Source of the DNA: the human T2T-CHM13v2.0 reference genome, Homo sapiens
Assembly (NCBI RefSeq): GCF_009914755.1
Contig: NC_060930.1
DNA: 64,000 nucleotides
Strand: one strand, 5' to 3'
Below are positions 1 to 13,223 of this stretch, piece after piece. The notes under the pieces are model-generated. The model ran no database searches and was not told the DNA's origin. It saw only the letters and a program-made list of their open reading frames with translations. The translations under genes were made by a program, and so were the position numbers. Each line of letters opens with the position of its first letter. The first letter of the stretch is position 1.

Positions 1-817
1 GTTTTATCTGTATACTTTATGGATCATCGCATGGAGTCAGGCAGAGATGGCATCCATCTCATTCATTAAAGCTATTGTAGAAAGTGGCAGTGTGTGTGTT
101 GGGCCTCTAGGGTGAGCCTGCTGTAACTTTCTCCTCAAGGGCCAGGTTATTACTGGGATCAGTCCAGTTTCTGTTTCCATATTTTCTGTATTGAAAAGAG
201 AGGTTCTACCTGGGCTCCTCTCTACATCGACTTTTGTCAGCAGTTTCTTCCCATCTATCTGGCTTTTAGTAGGAATAATTAAGACATTTGTAACTTGGGC
301 TGCTAACACTACAGTTAGGTTTTAGGATAACATACTGCAGGTTCAAGACAGTAACTAGTGGATTCCATGCCTTTGGTGATGGTACAGGCTTTCCCTTCCA
401 TTGAAATTCTGTGTCTTCTTTAATGTCACAGTCAGTAGATTTTAACTGTAATCTGTATGGGTCCATCTCTTACTAATGATCCAGCGTGAAATGCTTTAGT
501 GAGATTGGATTTTCTGAGCTAGCCCAGTAGTGGAGGTGTAGTAGATATAGGCAGAGGATGAGGAGGAAAAAGAAGAGGAAGATGGCAGGCTGGCTGCAGC
601 AGTTTGGAAGGAAGTGCAGCCCAGCATTCTGCAGCAGGTAGTTAGAGCACAGACAGGCACATTTATAAGTTTACTACTCATGTGACACACTTGACCACAG
701 CTTGGCAGGAAGAATTTTCTGAAAACGTCTTGATTTGTAGCCTCATTACTTCAATCTCTGTTTCTGTGATCACATTGTGCCTCCTTTTTTCCATGTGTAT
801 TAAAGTTGAATTCAAAA
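1..817 (-). pseudogene. Large 3' exon remnant of candidate pseudogene
   Basis: Strong acceptor ttttttttttag at 818-829; frame FEFNFNTHGKKEAQCDHRNRD*SNEATNQDVFRKFFLPSCGQVCHM... has one stop before TAA at 496; ORFs 466-266 and 309-37 tile the remainder, implying frameshifts. Confidence 0.5.
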
Positions 818-1023
818 CTAAAAAAAAAAATTATCATAACAGGGCCACCAGTAAACAGCCACCATTTTGGCATCTCTGAGTCAAAACTTAAGCTTAATGA
901 TGTTACAGACATGATTGAAGCACCTGAACCCATACAAGGTCATTTGTGTATAGACCTTGATTGACACTATTGTTTGGATACAACCAGAGAGAAGGAATGC
1001 ATAGGACAATTTTATAATCTTAC

Positions 1024-1081
1024 CCGTTTGGGTTTTTCTTATGTTAAATCACCTTGGAAGTACAGTTGCATTTAAAACTTC
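1024..1081 (-). pseudogene. Candidate exon, 58 nt
   Basis: ttaatctgtacag | GAAG...AACGG | gtaaga. Confidence 0.5.
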
Positions 1082-1420
1082 CTGTACAGATTAATGCAGA
1101 AAAGTTGGGACATTTGGAGATTAGTTGAATAAAAATAGAACTTCGGTAGAGTTGGAATAAATGAAAACTTTCAAATCCAAATAGATGTTTTACAGATTTG
1201 CAATAGTTTACAACTTATCGTATTTGGAAGTAAATACTTAAAAATTGGCTAAGGAGACGCATAAAGGAATCTGCTTCCCTTTCCAAAAGACAGACTGAAA
1301 ATAACAGCAGAGATTCTATTGCAGAATTTAAGAGTAGGACATCAATGGGCGACGATTGAATATTTTTCTCCTTCTGTTGTTCACCTCCTCAGAAACATGT
1401 GTGAGATTGAATTTTTTCAA

Positions 1421-1545
1421 AAAAGAGGAAAGAAGGAAAGAAAGAAAGAGGGAAAGAAAGAAAGAAAGAAGGAAAGAAAGAAAGAAAGAAAGAAAGAGGC
1501 AAAGAAAGAAAGAAAGAAGGAAAGAAAGAAAGAAAGAAAGAGGCA

Positions 1546-1581
<36 letters not shown>

Positions 1582-1729
1582 GAAAGAAAGAAGGAAGGAA
1601 GGAAGGAAGGAAGGAAGGAAGGAAAGAAAGAAAGAAAAAAAGAAAGAAAGAAAGAAGGAAAGAAAAAGAAAAAGAGAAAGAAAAAAGAAAGAAGGAAAGA
1701 AAGAAAGAAAGAAAGAAGAAAGAAAGAAA

Positions 1730-1789
<60 letters not shown>

Positions 1790-1790
1790 G
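1421..1790. repeat. (GAAA)n/(GGAA)n polypurine microsatellite
   Basis: About 370 bp of almost pure A/G; explains the K/E/R and F/L/S ORFs. Confidence 0.98.
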
Positions 1791-2060
1791 AGATATGTAA
1801 AAAGCACAAAAAAACCCAGGACAGCTATCAGTTCACAAAGACAAAAGTACACTACAAATACTTAGCATCTTGTCATTAATTGTCACACTGTTGCTTTTGG
1901 ACATTCTTGATTAGAGGAAAGGAAGTTGAAGTCTAGCCTGGCAAAGAGAGTATTTTCATTGCAAATCTACAACTTTATGGCTATAATTTTGAAAAATACA
2001 CTATTTTATAATACCTAAAGCAAAACGTAAAAAGTGTTTCTATAGAAAATTGAAACTTAC

Positions 2061-2133
2061 CAAGGTCTCCACATAGGTGAAAGAGCTTGCAACCTCTTCA
2101 ATCATACTCTCTCAGGTTGTACACATTGTTTTT
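2061..2133 (-). pseudogene. Candidate exon, 73 nt, acceptor degenerate (AA)
   Basis: ttcttttctaa | ...GACCTTG | gtaagt; strong donor. Confidence 0.4.
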
Positions 2134-2478
2134 TTAGAAAAGAACATTCATATGTGATATAATAAAAATGACATTCATTGTATGTTCTAAAAAATGTTTA
2201 AATACTTAAGAAAAAGAGAAAAAATCAATGTGGAGAAACTGGCCACTTTTAAAAATCCATTCTTTTGGAAGTGCACTGATATTAGACATTTCCAGGCAAA
2301 ATAAGATGAATAAAAAATGAAGTTGGTGAAACCTGCCTTCAATATTCTTTCTCTTAACTTTTAACATCATTTTCCTACTTTATGTTGCTCAAGCTCTGGT
2401 TTTAACATTTTTTTCTTGTATCTTCCTAGAAAAAACTTTTTGTACCTTGAGATAGCGCAACAAGCATAGGAGACTTAC

Positions 2479-2491
2479 CAATCTTTTCCTT
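2479..2491 (-). pseudogene. Candidate microexon, 13 nt
   Basis: ttttatttctattag | AAGGAAAAGATTG | gtaagt. Confidence 0.5.
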
Positions 2492-2959
2492 CTAATAGAA
2501 ATAAAACAAGCAAATTTAGCCTGGGCTTATCTTCTTTTGATATAGATTTTCTTTCAATAAGCTAGAAAAGACCCCCTTTCTAGCAGGTATTAATATTTGA
2601 GAATAGGAAAATATGTCTTTTTCATATCATTTCTTACAGAAATAAAATTTATGCTAAGACAGAGAAAATAAAGTGTGTAGGCTGTGGTGAGACGGGCTAT
2701 AGAAATTACCACAGGTGAGAAAAGATACAGAAGGGCTATAGAAGGATAAAGAATTTGACTTCCAGAGTCTAATCTATAATGTTTATTGTCTCTATTCTTT
2801 GAAATTTGACATTGGAGCAAATTCTGGATGATGTGTGCCATAGCTTGGCTTTAACTTCCTCACCCTCAAATAAATGTATTTTATTTTCTTTATATCAGTC
2901 ACCCACAACCATAATTATAATTTTGGTCTTGTTATCTCTCCAAATTACATCACCACTAA

Positions 2960-3293
<334 letters not shown>

Positions 3294-3309
3294 TGAAATC
3301 TCAGTTTTA

Positions 3310-4445
3310 AGCATTCTATTTTCTGACCATAATTCCTAGATTTTCAACTAATGTTTTGTGTCATTTTAACAATCCTTTATCTATACGATATTGTCTCCTA
3401 CTTCATTAAAATATATATATAAACAATTGGTTGAGTTCCTTTATAGTCTTATACCAACTCTATTAGTCTTCCTGTATCTGTACTCAAGATCCGTACTCCT
3501 ACCTAAGGCCCAAACTTCTTTTGCTTTGAACTCCATCTCCTTTTGTCTTCTCAAGTAATTCTTTCTGCAAATGGTCCATTATTTCCCTGGAGTCATAATT
3601 GTGCTTCCTCTTGGATGTTTCTCATCACCAGATAAAAATGTTTTATCAAGTATATAAAAATTTTAAAAACCATCGAACCTAAAACTAAACAAAAATAGAC
3701 TCCATATTCATCCATTTCCCCTTCAGCTACTATTTTATTTCTGGGTAATTCATTGTATTAAAACACTTAATATTTTTTAGAATTTCTATTACCAAGTGCT
3801 CACATACCACTTTTTCAACCCACTGTTAGCAGGTTACTTTTACCAACACTCTATGGAAATTATTGTTGTTTGAATTAATGATGACCTGCATGTTTCTTAA
3901 GATCACTTCAAAGATCATTGACTCCTCTTTGAAATTATTATTGGTGATCGCTTTCTCTTTTTTGAAAAGCTGCCTTCTGGTACTACCTCTTCTGATTTTC
4001 CTTCCTGTTTGGTCTTCTCTGTCTCCCTTGCTAGCTTATTTATTCTTTGGCATCTAAATGTTGGAATGTCTCAATATTCTGTTCTGGTTCCCATCTCTTC
4101 TCAACTACACACACTCCCTGGTTATTTCCTTCGGTCCTATGGCTTTAAGTGTGGTCCCTAAAGCAATTACTCCAAGGTTAAAATTTTCGTCTTTCACTTC
4201 TCCACTAAATTGCAGACTTAGTTGTTCAAATTTCTAGTGCTTTGATGTTATGCCAAGTAAACTTTTCAAAATTGTCATGTCCCAAACAGAACTCTCCTTT
4301 TTAATAAAAATATCTTCATGAATTCTAATCTATTTTTACTACTATTTTCTGAGTCCAAGCTACTTTCATTTTTCACCAGGAGTACATAAAGTCTCTCCTA
4401 ATTTCTCATCCTCTTTTAATCTTATCCCTCTATTATCTATAGTAT
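3310..4445 (+). mobile_element. L2 LINE ORF2/3' fragment, highly diverged
   Basis: Pyrimidine-rich sequence resembling L2 consensus motifs; boundaries approximate. Confidence 0.6.
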
Positions 4446-4865
4446 TTTCTTAAGTTATTTTTAATATCAAGAATTTTATTTCCAAGAAATAGTTATTATA
4501 ATATTTTATGCATATATCATCCCATTTACTACATTGTCTATTTACAGGTACTTATTTATTTCAAAAATTTATTTTAAATAAATGTTGTCTGTGATAATAA
4601 TACCTACATCAAATGCAAATCTGCTACTATTTGATAGTTAGAAGGGACAAATTATTTAGTATATTTATGTTAAACTTAGGTTTTCGGTGACCAAATCAAC
4701 AGACATAACTTACATTTAATTTAAGCATAACACACTCTTCATATCAATAATATGAATATCAACATATACTGAAAAACAAACCTAACCTCAAGCTAAGGAA
4801 GTAGATGTGATATTGACATACATAGTTGATTTGCTGTAACATTTCTCAGAGCTTTAGAAAGAAAA

Positions 4866-5400
4866 TATGTTGAAATATAACCAAAAGAACTGAAAGCAGG
4901 AACTCAGACATATTTGTACACTCATGGTCATAGCAACATTATTTAAATAGCTAAAAAGTGGAAACAACAGAAATGGCTATTGGTGGATGAATAGATAAAC
5001 AAAACTTGATATGTACAGGCAATTAAGATTATTAAACCTTAAAAAATAAGGAAGGTCTGACACATGGTACAACATAGATGAACTCAGAACAATAATGAGT
5101 GAAATAAGCCAAATACAAAAACACATGTACTGTATGATTCTATTTATATGAGGTGCCTAGATTGATGAAATTTATAGAGACAAAATGTAGAATGATAGTT
5201 GCCAGGACTTGGGGCAGAGGAGAATGGGAAATTGTTTTTTAAAGAGTATAGAGTTTCAGTTTTGCAAAATGAAAAGATTCCTAGATATTGGTTGCAGAAC
5301 AATGTGAATGTACTCAACACTGTGGAACTGCACACTTAACGATCAAGATGGAAAAATGTTTGTTGTATGTATATTACCATAATTTATTTTTATATGTTAT
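4866..5400 (+). mobile_element. Old L1M (L1MB/MC-like) 3' end
   Basis: L1 3' motifs such as gaactgaaagcagg, gatgaatagataaac, actgtatgattc. Confidence 0.85.
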
Positions 5401-6088
5401 ATGTATATTATATATATGTATGCTTCTCTCTTTCTAAATATATATCTCAATACTTCACTTGGTGAGACATGCTAATTTTTATAGTACAAAAATCTGCTGT
5501 AATTTATTTAGTGGAGAATTAAAGGGTTCATTTCATCTTTACTCCTCAGGTAGAACTCACATTCCACCTCAGAAGCTGTGAGAACTGTGCAGATTAGGAT
5601 GTAAATGAAGAAGATTCAGTCAAAGTACCCCAAGCTATTTATCAAATTTTAAATGGACTAAGGAATCAAAGTGGGAAACTTTTTCTAATGGGAGAGGGCA
5701 TTGGGAGATGCTGTGTAGCAGCAAGGAGAACACTGCGCAAGTAACAGACCAGCAAATCTGGGTATATCTTGCTTTTAAAAACTAAAATATGAAAGTTCTT
5801 TTCCTTAAGTGGGGCAATTTAGCTTGTTTTTTTCTTATTGTTCTCTCGATGTTATAGAATTTTTTTTCACAAAAAACTGGCACAGTGCAGAGCGATTGGC
5901 TTGGTGAAGGATGTGTAACAGTGTCCCTGGGGAATGATATGTCTGAACTGTCTCTTGCATGAACTCGAAAATTCAGCATGGGGTGACGAGTCCACTCCAC
6001 CCACGTAAATATTCAGATGGTGAAATTCTGCAGAATCAGGCAGTGACAGGGAGGTCTTTCAGTGAAGAAAGGAGCTGAAAAGACTCAC

Positions 6089-6127
6089 TTGTTGGAGACC
6101 ATAAAACCACTGTTTTTGACTGTCCCT
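6089..6127 (-). pseudogene. Candidate exon, 39 nt
   Basis: ttttcctgattccag | AGGGAC...CCAACAA | gtgagt. Confidence 0.5.
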
Positions 6128-7669
6128 CTGGAATCAGGAAAATGTGGGGGTGTAATATAGGTGCCATACTGTCATGCACTTAAGACATCAAAACTACTTT
6201 GCCTTCCAAGTTGAACTGGGAGTTCTGGGCTTGGCAGATTGATGCCTCACTCTGATATGCAAGGTGAATGGTTTTTCTATGTGGCAGCTGAGATTAAGTC
6301 TGTTTAGGAAAGGGAACAAAGAATCTCTTATTCTTTTTCTGGATCGCGATCCATCCAAACATAGAGTCCTGTTCTTCCATGAGCTTCTTGAAGGCAAGTA
6401 TGTCTTGTATTATGATGCTCCCCTTCACCCCTTCACCTTCTACTCAGCCCCCAATGTTGTTATATTGGAATGTGCATAAATGATTGGAAGGAAAAGTAGC
6501 AGAAGCCCATAGAAATGTAGAGAGATGAGGAGAATGCTCCCCACTAGTTGGTAATGGACTAGGGTCCTCTTTGTGCACTAGACCAGAGAAAGGAGCTTTC
6601 ATTTACATCCACATTTTGTTGTATAGTAGCTGTGTGCCAGCTTCTGTTCTTTAAATTCTCTAAGCTTCAGACTTTGGGTTTGTAAAAGAGTATGTCTACT
6701 CCATAATTTTGATGCTCAAACAAGATAATGTAAATAAAATTATTTGATAAAGCTCTTTACAAATTTAAAGTATTATTATATAACCCACATTAGATGTTAT
6801 CTAAATGTTATAGCTTTATCCCTTTGTGGATTGACATATCTTCCTAACCGAAGTGTTGGGATGAAGTGTCATTCCTTCCAAGAGAGTCATGTAGTCTTCA
6901 AAGTTTATGAAATGTTAATACAGATTAACAGAGATAGTTGGTATATTGGTGAGATTTATCCATATCTCACCAGACCCTAGTGAGCTATCTCAAGACTTGA
7001 AAAATGCAAGTATGTTTGCAGTATAGGGAGAAGAGGTTTGACAAAAGATTCTTTTATAAAAATGACAGAATTATGTCAAAATTCACCTAACTGAAGTGAA
7101 AAACTACATTAGATGTTAATGTGTCTGAAAACAATTTTAAAATACATTCAGAAACACTTTTATAAAAAAAATGAAAACAGACTGGGAGCAGGTTTCAAAG
7201 AGTGGAAAAATTATTTTGTGAGCAAATTGTAAAAGAAGAGCATAGATTTAATTACTTATATATTTCGGAAAACTAGAAAGATGGACTGCAAGGAATGCTG
7301 CTAGGACTTAGAGACCTTCAGCAGCTGTTGCTTTCCCATTGATTCTTTCATGGGATTTCCTTATGTAACTTTACACTCACTAATGTATTTGCAAATACTA
7401 TTAAATCCTAAATTATATGCAGGCTTTTTTTCCACTTTATGGAGAACGGGCCTCAATGGGGAGCTGAGTTTATTATTAATGTATCCAGCTTTCTCTCTCC
7501 CTCTGAAAATAGTAAGTAATGGCTAATGTAGAATAAATCATTTCCTGCACTTAATGAGTCCCTGTCCATCGATAATGTTAAATTAACTGTTGACTCAGTT
7601 TCAGACTCCAAGCACATAATATTTGTTAACTCTTGTAAGTTTTCGAAGTGATTTCTCAAATTTCCTTTA

Positions 7670-7810
7670 TCTTTCACCCTTTCCTTTCCTTTTTCCTTTC
7701 CCCTTTCCTCTCCTCTCCCCTCCTCTCCTCTGTTCCCCTCCCCTTCCCTCTCTTCCCCTCTCCTCTCCTCCCCTTTCCCCTCCTCTCCTTCCTTTTCTTT
7801 CATTTCATTT
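7670..7810. repeat. Polypyrimidine (CCTCT/TTTCC) low-complexity tract
   Basis: Direct inspection. Confidence 0.9.
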
Positions 7811-7939
7811 TTTATTTCTTTCTTTGTTTACAAAGCAGGCACATACTCTTGCCCTCATATTTCAAACGAAGAACCTAAGGCTCAGGAAATATATATGGTT
7901 TTACTGCCTAAGGGCACATAACTTAGATTGAGAAATCAT

Positions 7940-8620
7940 AATCAAGAATATTTTATTTATTTATTCCTGGATTAGAGAATTCCCATAGATGCGTGGGACC
8001 ATGCTAAGCACTGGAGAGGGACTGGTGGACAGGAAAGACCCAGGCCTAATCCTCCCCCATAGATGCCTGGGACCGTGCTAAGCACTGAAGGGAGAGTGGT
8101 GGCCTCATCCTCCAGCAGCCTAGAACAGCAAATGAGCAGTGAGCAAATAACTGAGAAGTTAAGAAACAATTGTGAAGGAAATTGCAAAATACATTTTAAA
8201 TGAATGACAATGGGATAAAATTAGGGCTAACAAAGTTACCTTTGAGAAATGATGTTTAAGTTGTGACCTGAAGAAAAGAAGTTAGATAAAAAGTGAATAT
8301 GGAGAGAGAATGTTAAATCTAAGGTAGCATAAAGGATAGAGGGAGAAAAATGAAGACCAGCAAATGGACAGGGGCAGGTCTTTTAAGACATCATATGCTA
8401 TGGTGATAATTGTGTCCTTTATCTTGACAATAGTGAAAAAGATTGTGGTTAGATTTAAATAAAGAAATAATATGTGTGTTTCTAAAAAAAGAATACTATG
8501 GCTTTAATGTGGAATTGGTCTCAAATGGAGAGGAGTGAATGAAAAGTAGATAGTGAGAAATTCACTACAGTGATTGAAATTACAGATTGCAGTGATCTGA
8601 GATTAGAAGAATGAAATTCA
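7940..8620 (-). mobile_element. L2 3' fragment(s), diverged
   Basis: Purine-rich L2-like motifs (tgctaagcactgg, tgtgacctgaag); boundaries approximate. Confidence 0.45.
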
Positions 8621-10018
8621 TGGTCCTCACTGGAAAGGGCCTTGTTGTGAAGCTTAACTTTGCAGACAGGAGGGTGCTATGCTAGGTGACTTTTATCCTG
8701 GAATGTGTGTGTTTAGTGTGGTGTTTTGGATAGATGACTCCTACAGTAGTATCTGGGAAGTTAAATCAAGACTTGATTTTAATAATTGTGCCAATTGGAG
8801 ATTAAGCTCAAATTTATACAACAAATAGATAACACAGTTGAAATCTTGATGTCAAATTTAATGTTACTGCCACTAAACCAAGCCACCTGTTTGTTATAAT
8901 GTTATTGTATAATTAGTATTATACTAATTGTATAAGTATTATACTAATTGTATAATACTAATATTAATATTACATAATATTAATATTGATATAAAATCAA
9001 GTTTTTTTTAGATGCTAAGTTTTACTGTGTACGCATCATCTTATGTATTTCTCACACATGCTTAGAGGTGTAGCAGTCATCGGTCTTCCAGGCTCCAAGC
9101 CTAGAAGGCCCATGTCACTTCAGAACGGCCCTCGCCTACTAGTCCCAATCTCTTCTTGAAGTTGGAAGTTGGCTGCTTTTGTTCATTTACCCTGCAAAAC
9201 TCTTTTATTCACCTTGTTCTAGGAGACACTCCCTTAGAGTTTCCTCTGATTCCATAACCTGAGTAAAGTACTCATTCCCTGGCAGTTTGAGTCTTGGAGA
9301 ATTTGGGGGATTGATTAAACACATGCTGTTGAATTATGTTATTACTTTATTATGTGAAAGCAGAGCTCATAGACAATAGCCTGTGGGTCACATGCAGCCA
9401 TTCCATGGAGAAGGCAATGGAAGTGCAGAGAAGGAAGATAATATAAAGCAAAGAAAACAAAACAAAATAAACCTTCCACCCACAAAAAAATGCAAAAACT
9501 AACCAAGTTATTTCCGATGACAGAAACTATAATCTTTCCACTATATCACCCTACTTTTATATCCTCTTACAAACATATGTAAAAGTGTAACATATTTTAG
9601 AAAAATTGTAAGTTTCAGTTTAAAAATGGAAAGCTTCAATTTTGCAAAAAAAAGATAATTTATCTTAAATGCCTTATTCTCATTCAGACTGGATTATTGA
9701 AGAAAAAGAAAATGTTTAAAAACTATACTTTGTGAAAATAAATTTGTATTCATTATGGCAAAAAGAGAGAGAAATCATCCAAAACAACTCAATTTTTCCA
9801 TTTTCACGCTAATTAAGATGGTAATAAAATAGAGTATTAATCCTTGCTTACATAACTTGGCTCCTATAGGAAGGCAAGATTTTGATTGTTAGGTAAACCA
9901 TATTTGCCCTGCAGCTATTTTACAAAATATTCCTCTAACTGGTGATGTAATTCTGCAATTCACACTTAGTGTTTACCTTAAATAATTCTCACTTTCTATT
10001 GAGGTACTGGCTACTCAC

Positions 10019-10075
10019 CATTAAATTAGTTTTGGCTCTTTAAAGTCAACATCATTATATAAGAAACATTGACTC
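10019..10075 (-). pseudogene. Candidate exon, 57 nt
   Basis: ttttactttgacctctaagtag | GAGTC...TTAATG | gtgagt; reads SQCFLYNDVDFKEPKLI*. Confidence 0.5.
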
Positions 10076-11748
10076 CTACTTAGAGGTCAAAGTAAAAAAA
10101 TAATTTGGCTCCTGTGCATGTGTCCAAGATAATTAGCTATAAATAAAATTCATCATCTCTTTGATTTGCAAAGAGCAATCACAGCAGGGGTCTCAAAAGC
10201 ATAGCGCAGCCAAGTAAAGTTGTGCAATGTTTGTCTTGTGCAGAGATGCCAGGCCTGGAAAGGGTGTGGGCTAAAATCCAGCCAACACTCAGCCTGCAGG
10301 TACGCAGCGAGAGTAACTTTTTCCAGTGTATCCAAAATCTTGCAGAGTCTGAGTGAGGCTGATGAGCTATATGACCTTGGCAATACTTTCAAACTCTTTT
10401 GAGTCTCAATTTCTAAAACTACAGAATGGAAATAGCAATATATAGGCCTCATAATGCATATTTATATAATTATAAATTATATATTCAGGGACACACATGT
10501 GATTTGTTCATAATTTTAGTGAAATTTAAACTTTCCCCAGATGTACTCTTATCTCTTCCCTTGAGCAAATATTATTTCCTGTTAAGTATTTTTTAGTAAA
10601 ATATTATTACCTGATAATTATTTCTTAGTAAATTAAGTTCTCCTCCAAATTCGTTAAAATTGATTCCATTTTAAATATTTTATATTGGCAAATGCTGGTA
10701 TTATGAATAATTTATAGACGAGTTAACAAAAGAGATCAAACACTTGGAACTTAATTTTAAGAACTTTCGAACATACATCTTTAATGTGGTTAGAAGTGAA
10801 GACGTTGTTTGGAAAATATTTTCAAGTGCATACCGTAAAAAAAAAAAAGATGCAAATTTCCATCAATTCATCTCCCACATAACAATGTAGCTTTAAGTGA
10901 GCACTTCTTTTTTCACTTTGCATAAGTCAATAACAGACTCAGTGTATGCTCACATTCCCTGAAATAATCCAGTCAAATGAAAAGCATCTAGCATCAGTGG
11001 GCTATGCAAATTTCATTGAAAAGATTGTGATAAGTCTGTAAGAAGATGTTACAAGATGTAAGAATCTCCTATTGTCAATTAGTTTTATCAATAGAACAAT
11101 TTAAGTCAATCAGTTTTATTCCATGCAATCCCTTTCCAACCGATTTTTAGTTTCCATCTTCTTTCTCTTAATTCCCCAGACTGCAATGATTTCTCACTTT
11201 ATAACACAGAACAGATCGGCAAACCTGTACATCCACACCTATTCTACAGCTGTCCAAGCAAAGATGGACACTCCATTTATCAGGAAGCATTTCTGCAAGG
11301 GTTGATGACAATTATGATGATGATGATGATAAAATCTTGACACTTAGATGTACACATTTTCTTATTTTATTTAGTGGACAAGATTTTGTCAAGTGTTTAT
11401 TTTTTTCATGCCCATCTGGCAATCCTGCTTAGAGAAGGATATCACTATATTTTAATGTATTTCTCCTGCTTAGGCTGAGTTAATTCTTCTGTATATAGTG
11501 GCTTTTTTTCAAATACTTTGGAGTTAGGCAGTGTAAACCTAGTAGTTTATTTGCAGTGCTCTCCAACAGCAGAAAGTGAGATTTTGGAAGTTTCTTCTGT
11601 AAACCAGAATGCTCTCTGGAGCACCTGATCTCTTGGTACCTGTCTTAGAAATTTTCCCATATTTGGGCAGTCAGGAAATGTATGTGCATGTAGAGATGCT
11701 AAAGGGCATAAAAAAACCTCGGTCTTTTTACATCCATCCACGACTTAC

Positions 11749-11754
11749 TCTTTT
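11749..11754 (-). pseudogene. Candidate microexon, 6 nt (AAAAGA)
   Basis: ccttttctttatcgtttgcag | AAAAGA | gtaagt; both sites near consensus. Confidence 0.5.
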
Positions 11755-13176
11755 CTGCAAACGATAAAGAAAAGGATTACTTATGACATTTTACGGACAT
11801 GCATACTGAGCAGTAAAATTTGAACTAGGTTTAACTTAGGGCATAGATGGTGCTGATGTTGAAAAGCTTTCTCCATGTTATGTATACCCAAAAGTGTGCT
11901 TATACACATATCTATGCACAGAAATATTTGTTTTTTAAGAGGGAGAAAAAACACAAGTCGGTCTTGCCCCAGTAATTCAGGAGAAAATTAAGGGAAGATA
12001 GATATGTGTGTATATGGTTGGGTGGGGGACAACTTTTGCAAAATTATGAGACTTTGGGTACAAGAAGAACTGCTTTTTGACCTAAGAAATAATGCTGACA
12101 AAGAGCTAAGAAGAAGGCAGTATTTTATATCTAGCATGCAACTCAAAACTCCTCAGCATGGTTGAGAGTATCAAAAGGAAGCACATGTGGCATAAAGAGA
12201 ATTGGCCATGATGTAGATTCTTCAAAGAGCTTTTTATTTCATGACAAAAGGATAATAATAGTTGCTAACATTTATTGAGCTAAAGCCACAAGGTGGTCAG
12301 GTAAAGAGATCAGCACCTAGAACTTCTGTGAAGAGTGTTAATGTGCGATGGTGATTGGAAGTCCGGGGCATGGGCAGAGTGGGAGGAGGCTTAGATTATA
12401 TCCGTTTCCCTGGTGAGGACTTAGAACCTAAAGTACTCTTACACCTACATCTCCTCAGTTATATCTTCCCAGGTTGTGGTGGCCTGGAAAAATCTGTATT
12501 ACTTGGGGTTTAGCTAGGAAAATGAACCAGATTTATGAACAGTAAACTGGAAAACAAGTATAGTCCATTAGGTAAATGCAACAAATGTGCCTCCTTTTCC
12601 TCGGATCCTGTTTCACTGACTGCTGATAATATACTTTATGATTTCAAGATGAGAAATAACCTCAGAAGGAGAAATCATTTTTACTAAGATTGATGACTAA
12701 AGCTTTGGCAGCTGCAGCTGACAAAAATTGAATTTATACAAACAGCCAGGGAAGCAGTTTCTCCAAAAGAGAGGAAATCCAATGAGGGTAATTTCTTGGT
12801 CTCTGCTTTTCCATGTACCTATTTAGTAATCATTTTAAAGTTAAAATATTAGGGTTCATTTTTTTCTTTATAATTTGTCTACTCTTGAAACCCTAGGCAA
12901 TAAAAGTAACTCTTTCTCAGCTTCTGGAATATGTATTTAGCAGAAAATGTATAAATTATGGTGATAGGGGAAAGTTATGTCATTCTGAGACAGAAACCTT
13001 TTGTTTATTATAATTGACAATTTCTTTCTTGGAAGGCAATATTCTTAAGAAATTATTTGATGTAAGTTTACTATGATTAAAATTTGCTCAGGGAAACCAA
13101 TCATGCCATTTATCCATGTGACGTTCAGTCAAGACTCTATAAACCTTTAATCAACATTTTTTCTTGCAGTAACTAC

Positions 13177-13223
13177 CTCAGAAATGTTTTTCCTGACAAC
13201 GTCTTGTCCCAGAAAATTTGTTT
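13177..13223 (-). pseudogene. Candidate exon, 47 nt
   Basis: Long polyT-ccttgag acceptor (weak gag), GAG | gtagtt; reads KQIFWDKTLSGKTFL. Confidence 0.35.

Noticed and set aside
1319-1879. 130-186 aa ORFs on both strands
   Set aside because: Translations of the (GAAA)n microsatellite.
6089-6127. Alternative frame RDSQKQWFYGLQQ resembling a PH-domain C-terminal helix
   Set aside because: Requires frameshifts relative to neighbouring exons and no other PH elements were convincing; not used to name the gene.
8911-8990. AT-rich palindrome and direct repeats
   Set aside because: Low-complexity slippage products expected in AT-rich DNA.
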